The notes: generated by a model from the sequence alone, not told the origin. Positions 11,801 through 22,900 are shown, counted from the stretch's first letter. The stretch: 64,000 nt of DNA from Wickerhamiella versatilis (GCA_030867685.1 JAQOWU010000008.1:1116001-1180000), one strand, 5' to 3'. Made by a program: numbers and translations.

Positions 11801-14800
11801 TCCAGATTTTCGCCTTTTCTTCACCGTAAATCCACGTTACGGGGAACTGTCTCGAGCCATGCGAAATAGAGGTATCGAAATATGGCTAGAAGACATTGAA
11901 ATTCGCGCTCAAAGTTACGACTTAGATCTGTTGGCTAATGAGGCGACAGAATCTAATATACTTGATCCCTCCCTAGTCTACCCTGCGCGATTCATTGATG
12001 CCGCACCACAGTCAAAATCTTGGCTGGTTTTGCCATGGATGCATTTTTATCTTAATAAATTTCCCTACAAGAAGGGCTGGCTCGTCGAGCTTGAAATTTT
12101 CTCTGGAGTTAGTTCCGAGAATATTTGGGCTTTTTATACATGGTGGACTCGGTGGTATTTGAAGGAATCAATGTCAAAGGCTAGTCAGGATGAATCTCTG
12201 TTTGGCATGTGCCTAAAGGCACTTGCCCTGGGTGAAATCCCTGAAGTTAATGCTCTAGGCATACTGACTGAGGTTCTAGAGTTGGAAAGTCCCGAAGCTT
12301 TGTCTCTAGCTGTAGACCTATGGAGGGAATTGACCAATTCTGATTCGGATATTGCTGTTCTTCCTGTATTCCGAGAGTTATTTGCGGAAATTGGAATGTC
12401 GATCCAGAGTCTTGGAATAACACCTCACTCTACCGTTTTACTGGATCAACTATGGTCGAATGCCCCACCCGCTTATGTCTCGGGTTTGGCTTGGCAAATT
12501 GGAGTTCGCCTGAAAGCATTGTCTCGAGAAATTGACACAGCAATCTTCTCTTTACCCCCATCCCCTGAGCTATCTCAACTGCGGAAAGATCTTGTTTCGG
12601 CTTTATCAGATAAATCTTTGACTGAATTACCCGAGATCCCCTCTCTACCTCCGCTAAAGGAGGTTGAACCACAATATCCTGATGCTTTTGAAGTCCTTGA
12701 AACACTATCATTGACAGAAACCTCACCTGATTTGAATCTTGTCTTTTTTATATCTCATTTTGCTCATACGCCCTCTAGTGCTTTGGTACCTTTGTTCTCG
12801 AAAGGTCTATGGCTTCCTACGACTATTTCCGCAAAATTGAACCTCCCTGAGATTCTGATTCGTGTTTTAGGTAGAAGTATCTCTGCAATTCATCAAAATC
12901 AAGCATCAACAGAGCTAAAAGCGATATCAGATATACTGCTTAAAATTCCATGCCAATTAGACCTTGATGGAATACTGCAGAAACTTTGCTCAGAGGTAAA
13001 TATACCTCCGAATGGATGGCTTGATCTCGGTCGTTACATACTAAGTGCATTTTCGGCCTCTGAAATATATGATCCTGCCATACGCCAAAGAGTTAAATAC
13101 GACCGTTATATGCGTCTTTCTATAGAATATGAAGATGACTGTCAGGTGTGGCAGAGAGAGAGGAGTATCTTCAAAGGTGATCTCTGTGATAATGTTGACG
13201 AGGCGCTTGCAGCGCGCCGGAGGGAATTGACTTCCCAGCCAATTCCTTCCGTGTTTCGACCACGTCCTTCTCAAATATCTCGTCTCTTTCGAGATATACG
13301 AGCTGCCGAAGGTCTTTTCACCGCTGATTCTTTGTCTCTGGAAGAGTTTGAAGTGTGGAATGCGAACACTAAGGCTTTCTTGAATCGTCTTGATGCCTAC
13401 TCTGCATATCCAGACTTGGTCGGGCTTGTTCAATGTGGTATAGTGGCTCTAAAAATCGGTCTGGAGTGCCAGATCACTTCAAGCCCAGGTTTAGGTTGGA
13501 TTCTGCATCCTAATGTTCTCGCATCTCAAGATGAACTAGCCAAGCAGGATATTCCTACCAATCCCGATGTACTTTTACATTACTTACGTATATATGCCTT
13601 GCACGGTCCAACAGAAAGGAGCTCGCAACTTCTATTACGCGGTTACCAGCTCTGGGCAGCGGATAGAGCACGCGAAGAGGCACGTTACCGTGAAGAGTCT
13701 GCTATGTACCATCAAGATCTCGATGATGATGAAGACGATGAAGTTTCACTTGAAGATTTGTTTTCTGATACTTCTTCTGAAAATACCAATTTCCGTTCCG
13801 CAGATTGGCAGCTTGAGCTTGTAAAAGCTTATTTGACAGTCTACGGACTGAGGCCTGCACCTACACTCTCAGAAATACTTTTGGATTCTGTTCGCACGGC
13901 AGCTTCTTTAGACACGCCAACCGCTGCACTTACTGAGGCTATATATCCTATTTATCAGGCATTACAACTGAAAATTCATCCTGAGCCTCAAAAAGTTATA
14001 AATTTCTATACGGAGAATGATGTTACAGAAGCCCAAAAGGCTTTAAATGTTTCTACTAAAGTTTTGAGCCGTATCAGTGATCTTTTAGCACGTTGGCCAG
14101 AACATGATGTTCTACTCACTCTAAAGGAAGCAGCTCAAGAATTACAAGAATTGACAATAGATACGCCTATGGCTCGGTATCTGGCAAAAGTGGAACAATT
14201 GCATCATTGGCTGAATGAGTGGCGACGTTATGCTTCGGATGATTCTAGTGTCACTGAGGAAATTTCGATCTGTACTTCTCTCATAATTGAATGGAGGCGC
14301 CTTGAGCTCACAACTTGGCCTAAACTTCTGAAGCATGAATTGCACGCCACTAATGCAGCTGGCGCTCGACTTTGGTTCAATCTATATGAGACCCTAGTAG
14401 CTGCTGAACCCCCTCCTAAGGCTGAGGAAGTGAGTCGTCTATTGGTGATTTTCATGTCCAATGCAACACTCGGACAATTTTCTACGCGGCTTGAACTTTT
14501 GAAGGCATTCGCGAAACAAACATCGAGGAATTCAGTCAAGGCAGTGGCGTCTTACTTCGAAGACCTTTACAGTAAAGTTGTCTCAGATATTATTTCCAAT
14601 GAGGAACGTATTCTCGGTAAGGAAATCACTGATGTTGTGAAATTGGCTAGTTGGAGAGATACAAATGTTCATGCTCTCAAAGAGAGTGCACGAAAATCAC
14701 ATCGAAGTCTATACAAGATTGTGAAACGCTATAGACAGTTCATCAGTCAAAATGTTTCCACGCTGAATGTTAGCAATTTTGCGGTTCAAAGTCAACCACC

Positions 14801-17800
14801 TCCTTTCCCAAAGTTCTCATCTGTGATTGATATCCAAGAAGCGCTCGCTTCACCAGTCATTTTGCAACGGCCTGAAAAGTGGCTCAAGCAGCCACCGCAA
14901 GCTTTAATGCGCCAGTATGCACAAAAGTCTCATGATGAGCTAAATAAGCATGATTCCTTGGTTGAACTAGCAATCGATGTTGAAGAAAACGCTAAGAGGC
15001 TTCGTGAAGATACACCAAAGGAATTAACTGAAGAAAACAAAAAATTAGTTGGTTCCTTACGTGCAGAGAAGTCACAATTACTGTCGTCTACCTTGCGAAA
15101 ACTTCGTCGAGCAGGACTTCGAATCAGCGTACGAGAAGACATAATGTATCATCAAGTTCAAATCAGCACCGTACTTGCCAACTCTCCCTCATTACAATAT
15201 GAATCTGAAGATTGGAACCGACTGGTAGAATTGATGCCGAAACTTCGTGCTACCATCGCTGAGTCTGATGCCGACATACCGGCTCAAGATTTACGTCGTG
15301 GTCTAGTTTTCTCCGAAAATGTACTGTGGGAAATTACTCGTATGCGATCGGCACTAGGTAACTTGGAATCTTTTTTTAAATCCATTGAGGATTCCAAGGT
15401 TCTTATCAGTACTCTTACTTCAAAATCATTATTGGTAGAAATACCGCCTACACATTATTCGAGACTCTTGGCCAGTTATTGTGATGCACCAGCTCCTCCT
15501 GTGATATCAAGTAATCCTATGGCCATAGAAGCCGTGAAAGACTACGAAGACTGGATTCAGAAATTAGAAGACTGGGAAAGAAATCTTCCCTCTGATGATG
15601 ATCCACAGTCTTTGCTTAGGCCCATCGTGACCACTTGGATCGGAATGCTGAAGAAGCAAACCAATCATTCGGTACTTATGGATGGACATGATGCCACAGC
15701 AGATGTCATAAACGTATGCAATGCTGCCTTGGTCTCTATACAAGAGCTTTCTCGGTTAGATTATGAGGAGTCTGAAGATTGGCTCTCAAAGGGATTCAGT
15801 GCTGTGCATCAAAGTATCTCGGCCCTACACACGAAGGAAATAAGTGGTCATTTGTCAAAAGCACTCGAGGCACTCAAGCATCATGATACTAATGAACGAT
15901 GGGCTCTAGCAAGTTTGCTTCATGTGTTCTTTAATGGTTATGTTTCTTGTGCTGAAGCAGTACAAAAGGCCAGTATTCATTATCTTTCAAATACCATTAA
16001 AGGAGCGTTATTGCTCTCCCGGATATTACTGTCTTTGGGGTCAGAGGGATTCTGTTCACCTTCTGAACCACAGGACAACGAGGAAATGATGCAAGACGCA
16101 CAGGGTACTGGATTAGGTGACGGTGAAGGGCAAAAGAGCAATAATAGCAAGGATTTGGAAGAGGACGAGGGAATAAGTGAAATGGCTCAAACAGATAACC
16201 CTGATCAGAAGGAGGAAGAGTCTGATGATGGTGACGCCCTAGAAATGCAAGGTGACATGGCAGGAGAATTGGAGGATGCACCTCCAGAGGGCTCTGATGA
16301 AGAGCAGGAAGATCAAGATAAGGACGACATTGAGGATGATGTGGGCTCCGTTAATGATCTTGATCTAGATGCTGTCGATGAGAAGATGTGGGATGATGAG
16401 CATCAGGAAGACTCTAATAAGGAGAAAAGTGGAGAAAATGTCCAGGGCCAGAAGGACGATATGGAAGCTAAATCTGGTTCCGAGGATGAGCAGGACAACG
16501 AAGGGGAAAACCTTACTGATGGAAACGATGCTGAAGATGAAAACGAGTCCTCTCAAAAAGGATCGGATGATGATGATGATGCCAAGGAAGATGTTGAGCA
16601 GGGTGCAATAGATCAGCAAACTGAGCAGCGCGATGCACTTGAACTCCCAGAAGACTTACAGCTTGAGCAAGAGGACCAGGAGGATAATGAAGAGGACCTC
16701 GATTTAGATGAAGAGGAGGAGAATGATTCCTATCAAGATCCACTTGATAAGCCGCAATCGCCAATGGAAGAGCAGCCAGAGCCCGATCAACAGCAGGAGT
16801 TGGAGAATTCACCAAATTCAGAAGCAGATGCACCAGATCAGAGTGATGTGGAGGCAGATGCCGCCAGCCCTGGAGAAGAAGGTGATTCCGATGAGGAAAA
16901 TGAAGATCGTTCTGAGCAACGTGATGAACAGGATGGTGATGAACAGGACAGTGATGAAGAAGGTCCCCCTGCGCAAGAAGGCACAGAGGGTACAAGCATC
17001 GACGCTCAGGAAGATGGTATTGATGGTACCACCGCAGAAGATCAAGCTGAATCAGGGGCCCGTAATCGCCATCAAGGTGCTACAGGTGCTGAAGGTGATG
17101 ATGTTGATGCGAATGATGAGCAGCCCGAAATTGGTGCGAATGGTGGACCTGCTGCGTCTGGTAGTGCCCCTGATGAGCATCAAGAAGTCGAGCAAGAGAC
17201 AAAAGATGCGTTACGCCAGCTAGGTGATGCAATGTCAGAATATAGCCGAAAAAGACGAGAGATACAGGAGCGCCAGGATACTGCGCCTGCAGATAATGAT
17301 CGAGAAGCACCAGAAGTCAATGAGGATGTTCAGCATGTAGGTGCAGAAGATGCGTATGATACGCAAGCGCTTGGTAAATCCTCTGAGCACCAAGATACTA
17401 GAGCCTTAGCCGCGAGTGATTCAGAAGATGAAAATGCAGGCGCTGAAGAACCAATGGAATTAGATGAGACTGCTGATATTGATGCTGAAAAGGATGTTCA
17501 TGGAGGCAAGGAAAATCCTGAAGATCCTCAGGATGCAGGTGAATCAACCATTGCTATTAAAGAGCTTGAAATCGAGGATGATAACAGTGAAGAGGAGGTT
17601 GACAAAGACTCGGAGGCTAACGAAACTTCTCATATCGTGCCTCAAGCAGATGGCAAATCTTTATGGCGTTTGTATGACTCCAAAACTCATGACCTCACTT
17701 TAGTTCTTACAGAACAGCTTCGACTTATTCTTGAACCAACGAAAGCAACAAAAATGCGTGGTGACTACAAGACTGGTAAAAGGTTGAACATGAAGCGCAT

Positions 17801-18500
17801 AATTCCCTACGTGGCTTCTCAATTCAAAAAGGATAAGATATGGATGCGACGTACGAAGCCTTCGAAGCGACAATACGAGATCATGCTGGCTGTCGATGAT
17901 TCCCGTTCAATGGGTGAACCAAAAGTCGTAGACTTAGCATTCCAATCTATTGCAATGGTTTCTCAGTCTCTGGCCAATATCGATGCAGGAAAACTCGGAA
18001 TTCTGCGTTTTGGTGAAAATACAGATATTTTGCATCCCTTAGACGAAGCTTGGACACTAGATTCCGGTGCTAAGGTACTCGAGCAGTTTAACTTTGAGCA
18101 ATCGCGCACTGATGTTGTTCAGCTGATGCGCCAGAGCCTTGACATGTTTTCAGCATCTCGGATGCAAGGTTCAACTGAACAGTGGCAACTTATGCTTATC
18201 GTATCGGATGGACTCTGTGAAGACCACGAAATGGTTCGTAGATTGGTGCGCCAAGCTCGAAGTCAACAAATCTTGATAGTTTTTGTGATTCTCGACGCAC
18301 TCAATAAGGATTCATCATCCATCATAGATATGAGCCAGGTACGTTATGGTACTGATCCTAATGGTAATCCTTCACTAAAGGTTGAGCGTTATATGGACCA
18401 GTTTCCATTTGACTACTACATCATTGTGCGAAACATTGCCGACTTACCTGCAGTACTTGCAAGTGTTTTGCGACAATTTTTCCAAGCAGTAGAATCTTAG
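5802..18500 (+). CDS. MDN1: Midasin/Rea1 AAA ATPase (60S maturation)
   Basis: Six Walker A motifs (GDSGSGKT, GETGTGKT, GPTSSGKT, GDTGSGKT, GSPGVGKT, GPSGSGKT), a long D/E-rich tail and a C-terminal MIDAS (DDSRSM). 4232 aa. Confidence 0.98.
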   Translation: MAARILLDWAKAAEHFKLLSRYSDVSSLTLDDLKLLVLNPSYTEAIAIAFAPVILEIVGRWLTGNSDENRILTSFSMICEIPGMDILTEHFLVQNGRELFDKVSPITLLSSFWRLLRHDRNRYATYITPVDIHSYLRMEDTAIRYLAIQVLGLHCEASEKVINQWILEYIGPVANVNPEILYFPLIEAERLAALGHAWNNRVENNDAIFELDLCPLVASIGGVIVPKVDLHSPDPRPDFVQTSTAQKNLANLGHQLVSDNPILLQGDSGSGKTFLVDIAHSQLAPTVEMICVHLGEQTDIKALLGTYASGAAPGTFEWRPGLITQAVQQGRWLLIEDIDSAPTEVLATLLPLLEKRQLEIPSRNQVERAKPGFKLIATASNMSKRQLIGSSRWAVVDVLFPTLSELSEIISSLSGNVAELSSVLVEIWESIRGVQRPITTRDLFKLASRLARLQTDAAHSNIDDIFRECVACFARFSPDPTPLAELIADHLGIPHSSVGPLLNRYRPRISESEKELQVGRAVIERSHQVTRTAASTDFAPTGQSLRLLEEICAAATNCEPLLLVGETGTGKTTTVQHLAALSGHKLIVLNISQQMEIGDLVGSVKPVDARALAGNLTEDFDELFNVTFSRSKNHQFCQALEKAVRNSKWSHVIKLWREALKMTQAAKKRKLNQDELWNEFAGRVNAFEARLEQLNSSAVFTFVEGLLIKALRQGHWVLLDELNLAPPDMLEALSGLFSSRPSLTLVEETRTIVAHPDFRIFGCMNPATDIGKRDLPVSVRSRFTELWVDSPDKDPEDLRQLISRYLLGADPHLINDVCELYISAKKLAAEQKLADGTGQKPLFSVRSISRALTYARTIAPTYSLRRSLYEAFCMCFLTVLDEESFELLHSYVLKYLKPVGLNQVPPKPGPGFIQFRHYWIKQGPFQPEIDEAYILTPSVERNLLNLVRACGYPVLIQGPTSSGKTSMIAHLARATGHKCVRINNHEHTDLQEYLGGYLSDDSGTLTFVEGPLVQAVREGHWLVLDELNLAPTDVLEALNRLLDDNRELLVPETQEIVKPHPNFQLFATQNPPGLYAGRKVLSRAFRNRFIELHFGDIPQSELEVILRERCRIAPSYATRIVNVYRRLGERRQSNRVFEKHGFATLRDLFRWAQRGAVGYDELALQGYLLLAERCRALQEKSEVKKILEEVMRVNLNVDYDKMVPKDLMHADVIWTGAMKRMLVLVCEALKNHEPVLLVGDTGSGKTTICQVLAAASGTSLHIVNAHENTETGDLIGAQRPARENSEKLFEWKDGALVDAMKKGEFFLLDEISLADDSVLERLNSVLEAGRSLLLPEKGGIDISVQAAPSFQFLATMNPGGDYGKKELSPALRNRFTEIWIPPLDFDDIELLVHEKLVHKQFASAIRRFSQWWAKEGYVVSVRDVLHWAAYLNLHPTKEGLFQGACMTFVDSLGVTSITGLEERRKSALKVLESTCGLTNCVSEYFKPISVSLDQNELKIGPFVISISGDVQFELRAPTTARNALRVLRALEVSKPILLEGSPGVGKTSLIEALAKLLRTPLTRINLSDQTDLVDLFGSDIPVEGERAGQFKWRDAPFLHAMRKGGWVLLDEMNLASQAVLEGLNACLDHRGTAYIPELDKEFTKHPNFRVFAAQNPQHQGGGRKGLPKSFVNRFTTVYVDSLELNDLEAIVARLYPDIGDSSLLAGYMQELSRQRFGAGAPFEFNLRDTLRWCKLIRYYNLPHEYFLNLIVIGRLRSPEDREIALKLFEKWLGNSGRVSIPPPELSSNSASFRVGYASLDRDDSCTNWHSNFLHANGQALETAIACITQNWPLILVGPSGSGKTHLLRYLAQMSGKPLKEFAITADVDATDLLGEFDQVEYGQQLNRLWAEISEMVRPNDLIAKQAVFSRDLDAIYNNMKAARPLIDKFNSTDFSRAQFRWFDGMLVRAVEKGQWIVLDNANLCDSAVLDRLNSLLEPDGTLLINECSTLDGEPRKVIPHPDFRLFFTVNPRYGELSRAMRNRGIEIWLEDIEIRAQSYDLDLLANEATESNILDPSLVYPARFIDAAPQSKSWLVLPWMHFYLNKFPYKKGWLVELEIFSGVSSENIWAFYTWWTRWYLKESMSKASQDESLFGMCLKALALGEIPEVNALGILTEVLELESPEALSLAVDLWRELTNSDSDIAVLPVFRELFAEIGMSIQSLGITPHSTVLLDQLWSNAPPAYVSGLAWQIGVRLKALSREIDTAIFSLPPSPELSQLRKDLVSALSDKSLTELPEIPSLPPLKEVEPQYPDAFEVLETLSLTETSPDLNLVFFISHFAHTPSSALVPLFSKGLWLPTTISAKLNLPEILIRVLGRSISAIHQNQASTELKAISDILLKIPCQLDLDGILQKLCSEVNIPPNGWLDLGRYILSAFSASEIYDPAIRQRVKYDRYMRLSIEYEDDCQVWQRERSIFKGDLCDNVDEALAARRRELTSQPIPSVFRPRPSQISRLFRDIRAAEGLFTADSLSLEEFEVWNANTKAFLNRLDAYSAYPDLVGLVQCGIVALKIGLECQITSSPGLGWILHPNVLASQDELAKQDIPTNPDVLLHYLRIYALHGPTERSSQLLLRGYQLWAADRAREEARYREESAMYHQDLDDDEDDEVSLEDLFSDTSSENTNFRSADWQLELVKAYLTVYGLRPAPTLSEILLDSVRTAASLDTPTAALTEAIYPIYQALQLKIHPEPQKVINFYTENDVTEAQKALNVSTKVLSRISDLLARWPEHDVLLTLKEAAQELQELTIDTPMARYLAKVEQLHHWLNEWRRYASDDSSVTEEISICTSLIIEWRRLELTTWPKLLKHELHATNAAGARLWFNLYETLVAAEPPPKAEEVSRLLVIFMSNATLGQFSTRLELLKAFAKQTSRNSVKAVASYFEDLYSKVVSDIISNEERILGKEITDVVKLASWRDTNVHALKESARKSHRSLYKIVKRYRQFISQNVSTLNVSNFAVQSQPPPFPKFSSVIDIQEALASPVILQRPEKWLKQPPQALMRQYAQKSHDELNKHDSLVELAIDVEENAKRLREDTPKELTEENKKLVGSLRAEKSQLLSSTLRKLRRAGLRISVREDIMYHQVQISTVLANSPSLQYESEDWNRLVELMPKLRATIAESDADIPAQDLRRGLVFSENVLWEITRMRSALGNLESFFKSIEDSKVLISTLTSKSLLVEIPPTHYSRLLASYCDAPAPPVISSNPMAIEAVKDYEDWIQKLEDWERNLPSDDDPQSLLRPIVTTWIGMLKKQTNHSVLMDGHDATADVINVCNAALVSIQELSRLDYEESEDWLSKGFSAVHQSISALHTKEISGHLSKALEALKHHDTNERWALASLLHVFFNGYVSCAEAVQKASIHYLSNTIKGALLLSRILLSLGSEGFCSPSEPQDNEEMMQDAQGTGLGDGEGQKSNNSKDLEEDEGISEMAQTDNPDQKEEESDDGDALEMQGDMAGELEDAPPEGSDEEQEDQDKDDIEDDVGSVNDLDLDAVDEKMWDDEHQEDSNKEKSGENVQGQKDDMEAKSGSEDEQDNEGENLTDGNDAEDENESSQKGSDDDDDAKEDVEQGAIDQQTEQRDALELPEDLQLEQEDQEDNEEDLDLDEEEENDSYQDPLDKPQSPMEEQPEPDQQQELENSPNSEADAPDQSDVEADAASPGEEGDSDEENEDRSEQRDEQDGDEQDSDEEGPPAQEGTEGTSIDAQEDGIDGTTAEDQAESGARNRHQGATGAEGDDVDANDEQPEIGANGGPAASGSAPDEHQEVEQETKDALRQLGDAMSEYSRKRREIQERQDTAPADNDREAPEVNEDVQHVGAEDAYDTQALGKSSEHQDTRALAASDSEDENAGAEEPMELDETADIDAEKDVHGGKENPEDPQDAGESTIAIKELEIEDDNSEEEVDKDSEANETSHIVPQADGKSLWRLYDSKTHDLTLVLTEQLRLILEPTKATKMRGDYKTGKRLNMKRIIPYVASQFKKDKIWMRRTKPSKRQYEIMLAVDDSRSMGEPKVVDLAFQSIAMVSQSLANIDAGKLGILRFGENTDILHPLDEAWTLDSGAKVLEQFNFEQSRTDVVQLMRQSLDMFSASRMQGSTEQWQLMLIVSDGLCEDHEMVRRLVRQARSQQILIVFVILDALNKDSSSIIDMSQVRYGTDPNGNPSLKVERYMDQFPFDYYIIVRNIADLPAVLASVLRQFFQAVES

Positions 18501-18536
18501 CCTAAGGTTAAAAGTGGCATATAGCTTTATTTAACA

Positions 18537-19577
18537 CTACTTTTGACGTTTATAGATCTTGTCAAAAAATTTGGTAAACACCTCCTTTTTAAGACCTTCA
18601 CTCTCATCAGTTTGCGCAATTAGGGACCGAATATCGTGGGCCGTTTTGTCTTCGTATTTATGATAGATTTCTACCAGCTTCAATTCATCAAAAACCTTCT
18701 TGACCTTCAATTCCGACTCGCTATTCTTTCTCCCATAATTTTCATCCAGGACCTTGCGTTGTTCCGCATTTGCTTGTTCAACAGCCACATTTATAAGCCA
18801 GCTACATTTGTTGTCCTGGATATCTGTACCTATCTTTCCAATAAGCTTTGGGTCACCATAGCAATCAAGATAGTCATCTTGCACCTGGAAGTAAGCTCCT
18901 AGCGGTACTAAAACGGTCCTCGCTTGCTGAAGATTTTGGGGAGAAGCTTTTCCAGCGACATACATAGCAAGAGCTACCGGCAGATAGAACGAATAAAACG
19001 CTGTCTTATACGTCACGATATAGTTATGCTTGCCGAGAGAAAATTTGGAGAGATCAATCTCATCTTCTGGGGCAGTAATTAAGTCCAAAAGCTGGCCCAA
19101 CTCGGTATACAAAGTTATCTCATGATACAACTCAACAAGCTCAAGGTAATAAGATTCTGAACGGAAGTATCGCTTTAGCAGGATATATATGGCACTTTCA
19201 AGTAGAAAAGAATCGTTGATTGCTATCATTCCCACCCCTGGCTTGCGATACCAACACAATTGACCGCGGCGCGTTTTACTGTCATCCATAATATCATCCG
19301 CCACAAGAAAAAACGCCTGAAGCAGTTCAACAGTCCATCCAAGCACAGCTATTTTGCGATACTCTTCCTTAGACAACTCAGTTTTGCCGGACAAGATCTG
19401 GTACGTGTCGATGATAGACAAGCCACGGTTCAACTTGCCGCCTAGCGTATTGTAAAGAAGAGTTTCTTTCAGCCTATCCAAAGCTTCCTGGGAAATTTTG
19501 GTTTTAGAGATATCTGACAGTATCTCATCAACTAGCTCAGGGAAAACTGCCTCGAACTCAGCGCGATCTGCCACCAT
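18537..19577 (-). CDS. ERG20: Farnesyl diphosphate synthase
   Basis: GGKLNRG, FARM ([10 protein letters not shown]), SARM (QDDYLD) and [13 protein letters not shown]. Confidence 0.97.
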   Translation of the reverse strand: MVADRAEFEAVFPELVDEILSDISKTKISQEALDRLKETLLYNTLGGKLNRGLSIIDTYQILSGKTELSKEEYRKIAVLGWTVELLQAFFLVADDIMDDSKTRRGQLCWYRKPGVGMIAINDSFLLESAIYILLKRYFRSESYYLELVELYHEITLYTELGQLLDLITAPEDEIDLSKFSLGKHNYIVTYKTAFYSFYLPVALAMYVAGKASPQNLQQARTVLVPLGAYFQVQDDYLDCYGDPKLIGKIGTDIQDNKCSWLINVAVEQANAEQRKVLDENYGRKNSESELKVKKVFDELKLVEIYHKYEDKTAHDIRSLIAQTDESEGLKKEVFTKFFDKIYKRQK

Positions 19578-19788
19578 ATGTTAACACCGGATTATGTCAT
19601 GATCTAATCCTCGTACATTCAAATATGCTCCATGTTATTTATATAGAGATAGTATGGACTTGGTTATACGGAAGTGTAACGCCATATTAACCATAATAAG
19701 GGGAGCGCGTCTCCGTAAGTCTCTACGCCACGTTCACTTAGTTACTATTCACTAACACCAACCAATACCTGGATTAGGGTTCAGTCAG

Positions 19789-19794
19789 ACGCGT
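19789..19794. promoter_or_regulatory. MCB element (ACGCGT) upstream of SMC5
   Basis: Exact MluI box within GACGCGTC, about 120 bp upstream of the SMC5 ATG. MBF control is typical of SMC and repair genes. Confidence 0.5.
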
Positions 19795-19915
19795 CAAAGA
19801 GTACTAGAGCTTTACAGGAGCAAACGTTTGAAAAAGCGTCTAAATTGCATCGTCATTGCGTGAAAGCTCACTCTTTTTCTTGGGGTATTAGAGTGGGAAA
19901 TTGTCGTCGAGTGCA

Positions 19916-22900
19916 ATGTCTCGCTCGGAGAGCACCGGCATGTCCAGTAACGGAAATGCCAAACGGCGAAGAGTCTCTCTCGAACAACCCGAAATGTCTC
20001 TTGTAGATTCGTCTTATACTAGAGAGCTTGGTTTTAAATCTGGTTCGATCATATCTATGCATCTTGAAAACTTTCAAGTCGCAACAAATTGTAACTATAA
20101 ATTTGGCCCAGCCCTAAACATGATACTTGGGCCAAACGGGACAGGAAAATCTACTGTGGTTACTGCAATATTTTTAATCTTTGGTGGGCGCCTAATTGAT
20201 TTGCATCGCAAAGGTTACGGTGGCTTTATTCAAACTGGTGCCGAGAAAGGTGTGATAAAGGTGTTGCTTCAAGCTAAGGAGGGTGGAATGATTAACCCAG
20301 AGCTCACAATGGAATTATTCCATCAAAGGAAGCCGAGGTTTCTCCTCAATGAAATTGAAACCCCGGCAAAAGAAATTCAAGACCTCGTATTGGAATATCG
20401 TATCCAAGTTAACAACCTATGCCAGTTCTTACCACAAACACGAGTTGCTGCATTCAGTGGAGAAAGTCCTCAGGAACGCCTTGTTTCGACGGAGTATGCT
20501 GTAGGCTATTTGGGAATGGTCGATGATCACGAACAATTAATGACGGCGGGAGACAGATTATCAAGGCTCCAAACTACGAATACTCAGCTTCAGCATTATA
20601 TTGACGAATATAAAGAACGTCTTGAGCAGCTGCAGGAGACAATGCGTAGTCTTGACGAATCTGCGTCAAAGCGAAAGGAGCAACAGTATTTTAAAAACTT
20701 AGTTCCAGTTCTCCAGTATGCGAAAGTCCGAACCACGTGTAAGGAACTTAAAAAGGAAATTTCTTCCAAAAAAAAATCCTTGGAAGACTTTGAAGTTTCT
20801 TGTTCAGATGTTGTTGAAAAGCTTCAAGCCTCCAGAGAATCGAGAATCCTTTACCAGAAGCAAAAGGCCAGTGACAAGGAATTGAGCAAACGTATGGTAG
20901 AATTAATACAAGAATCTCGACGAAAAATGGATTCTGCGCGTGATAATGTGGTGCTCAGCCGTAGACGACTATCGGAACTGACATCTGAACAGGGAGATGC
21001 AGAGGGTCGGATTTCCCGGCTTCAGGATGATCGAAGAACGCTTCATAAAAGACTCCATCATCTCGAAAAAAATTTGCAGCATGCACAGAATGAAATATCC
21101 GAGCAAATGATTGAAGATCGCTTGGCAGAAGCTGAACATCAAATATCACAATTAAGATCCAAAGAAGAGGAATTTTCGACAATTCTTACAGATCTTGAAT
21201 CAAAGCAGCGTTCTTCTCAACGCAGTGCACAACAAATACAGCGTAGGCTGCATAAGCTTCAGAACCAAAGTTCACGAGATCCTCATGTGATTGCTCAAAG
21301 CTTATCACCGTTACATAGACAAGAACTGTTTGCAGCTCTCGACCTAGTAAATTCACAAAAGTCTCAGTTCTCGGGAATAGTGCACTCGCCAGGCATTCTG
21401 TCACTTTCTATACTTAATGATGCAGCGTTGCCGCAGTTGTTCTCAAGAATGAGAGTCGAGGAGCTGCTCACCTTCGTGTGTGAACAAAAATCTGATCAAA
21501 AACTACTTACATCGCTTTCAGCGAAGCTTACAGTTCCTATAAGAACTGTTTGGGTACCTCCTAAGCGCCAGAAGGATAGAGGGCCCCTTAGTCGCAGCGA
21601 ATTGAGCGATTATGGTTTCGACGGATACCTAATTGACTGCCTAAATGGCCCTGAAGGTGTGCTTAATTATTTTGCATCATTAGGATTTGGCAGAAGTCCT
21701 TATTCCAGCACAAGACTAAGTCGCGAGACCGAAATCCGTCTCGAAAGTTCAGGGTATTTGGGTGAATATATCGACTCGTCACATCGAGTCGAGCGAAGAA
21801 GATCTCATTATGGGCAGCGTAAGATTTACAGTGTAGAAACGGGAGTTCCAACCGTTGTGCCTCAGTGGCTCCGGGATATGTGTCAACAAGATATATCTAA
21901 CCAATTGATCGAAGCACAGGTTCGTTTGAATGAATTCAATCGAGAGATTGAGAGTTTGAATAACCAGCTGATAGATACTAGTGCAAAGCGTGAAGATGTG
22001 AAGGTTGATCGACTGAAACTGGTCGGAGCACGTACTGGTTGGAGTGACAAGATTCTCCAAAGAGATAAATTCCAAGCCCTTGTAGAAGCAGCGAACGCCA
22101 ACATCAGCACAATTAATTTGAACATTGAAAAGGAAAAAGATCGGCACGTTGAATTTGGCAGACATTTGAAAGAAAAAACTGAAGCATTGGCTGGCTCATT
22201 ACGAGAGTTGGTTGAGGTATCGTCACAGCCATCGAAGCATTATGATGTAATTGTACAGTCTGCAAAAAGATTTGGTCAATATTCGTGGTCATTTGCGAGT
22301 GCGGAGTCTTCAGAGCGGCGATATTCTGAGGCGTTGGACACCTATAGGACGGAGTTACGCAACTCGTTAGACCAACTGAAAGCCGAGCTCGCTGCTCAAG
22401 AAGAGAAAATCTCATCAGAGAAGCAAGCTTATGAAGAGGCGAAAGCGGAATTAAGAAAACTGGGCATGGAGGAACGGGCCAAAGAAGATGCCAAAAAAAT
22501 AACTGCTGAAGAAGTTCAAGAAAAAATCGGTGCACTTCTTGCAGAGCTTAGATTGACGGAATCTGGAGAAAATTATAAAGAAACCTCAAAATTGCTTGAT
22601 GATACGCAGAAAAAGCTCGAATCTTTCATCCAGGATTTGAATCGCGATTCTGCATTGGCCAACGACCTTGATAATCAAGTTAAAGCTCTGCGCGAAAAAT
22701 GGGAAGCGGAGCTGTTAAACCTTGTAGCCTATGTATCTCAGAAATACAGCGCAATGTTCAATGCACTTGGGTGTAGAGGTGAGTTGAGCTTAGTGAAGCG
22801 TGGCTTCGATTTCGCCAATTGGGGTATCGATGTCCTGGTAGCATTCAGGGATGGCGAACCTTTGAGTCCGCTCTCTCGTCAAAAGCAGAGTGGTGGAGAA

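Noticed and set aside
16000..17703. Long alternative-frame ORFs inside MDN1 (e.g. 16708-17223, 16513-16995)
   Set aside because: These are shadows of the low-complexity D/E-rich tail, with no independent motifs.
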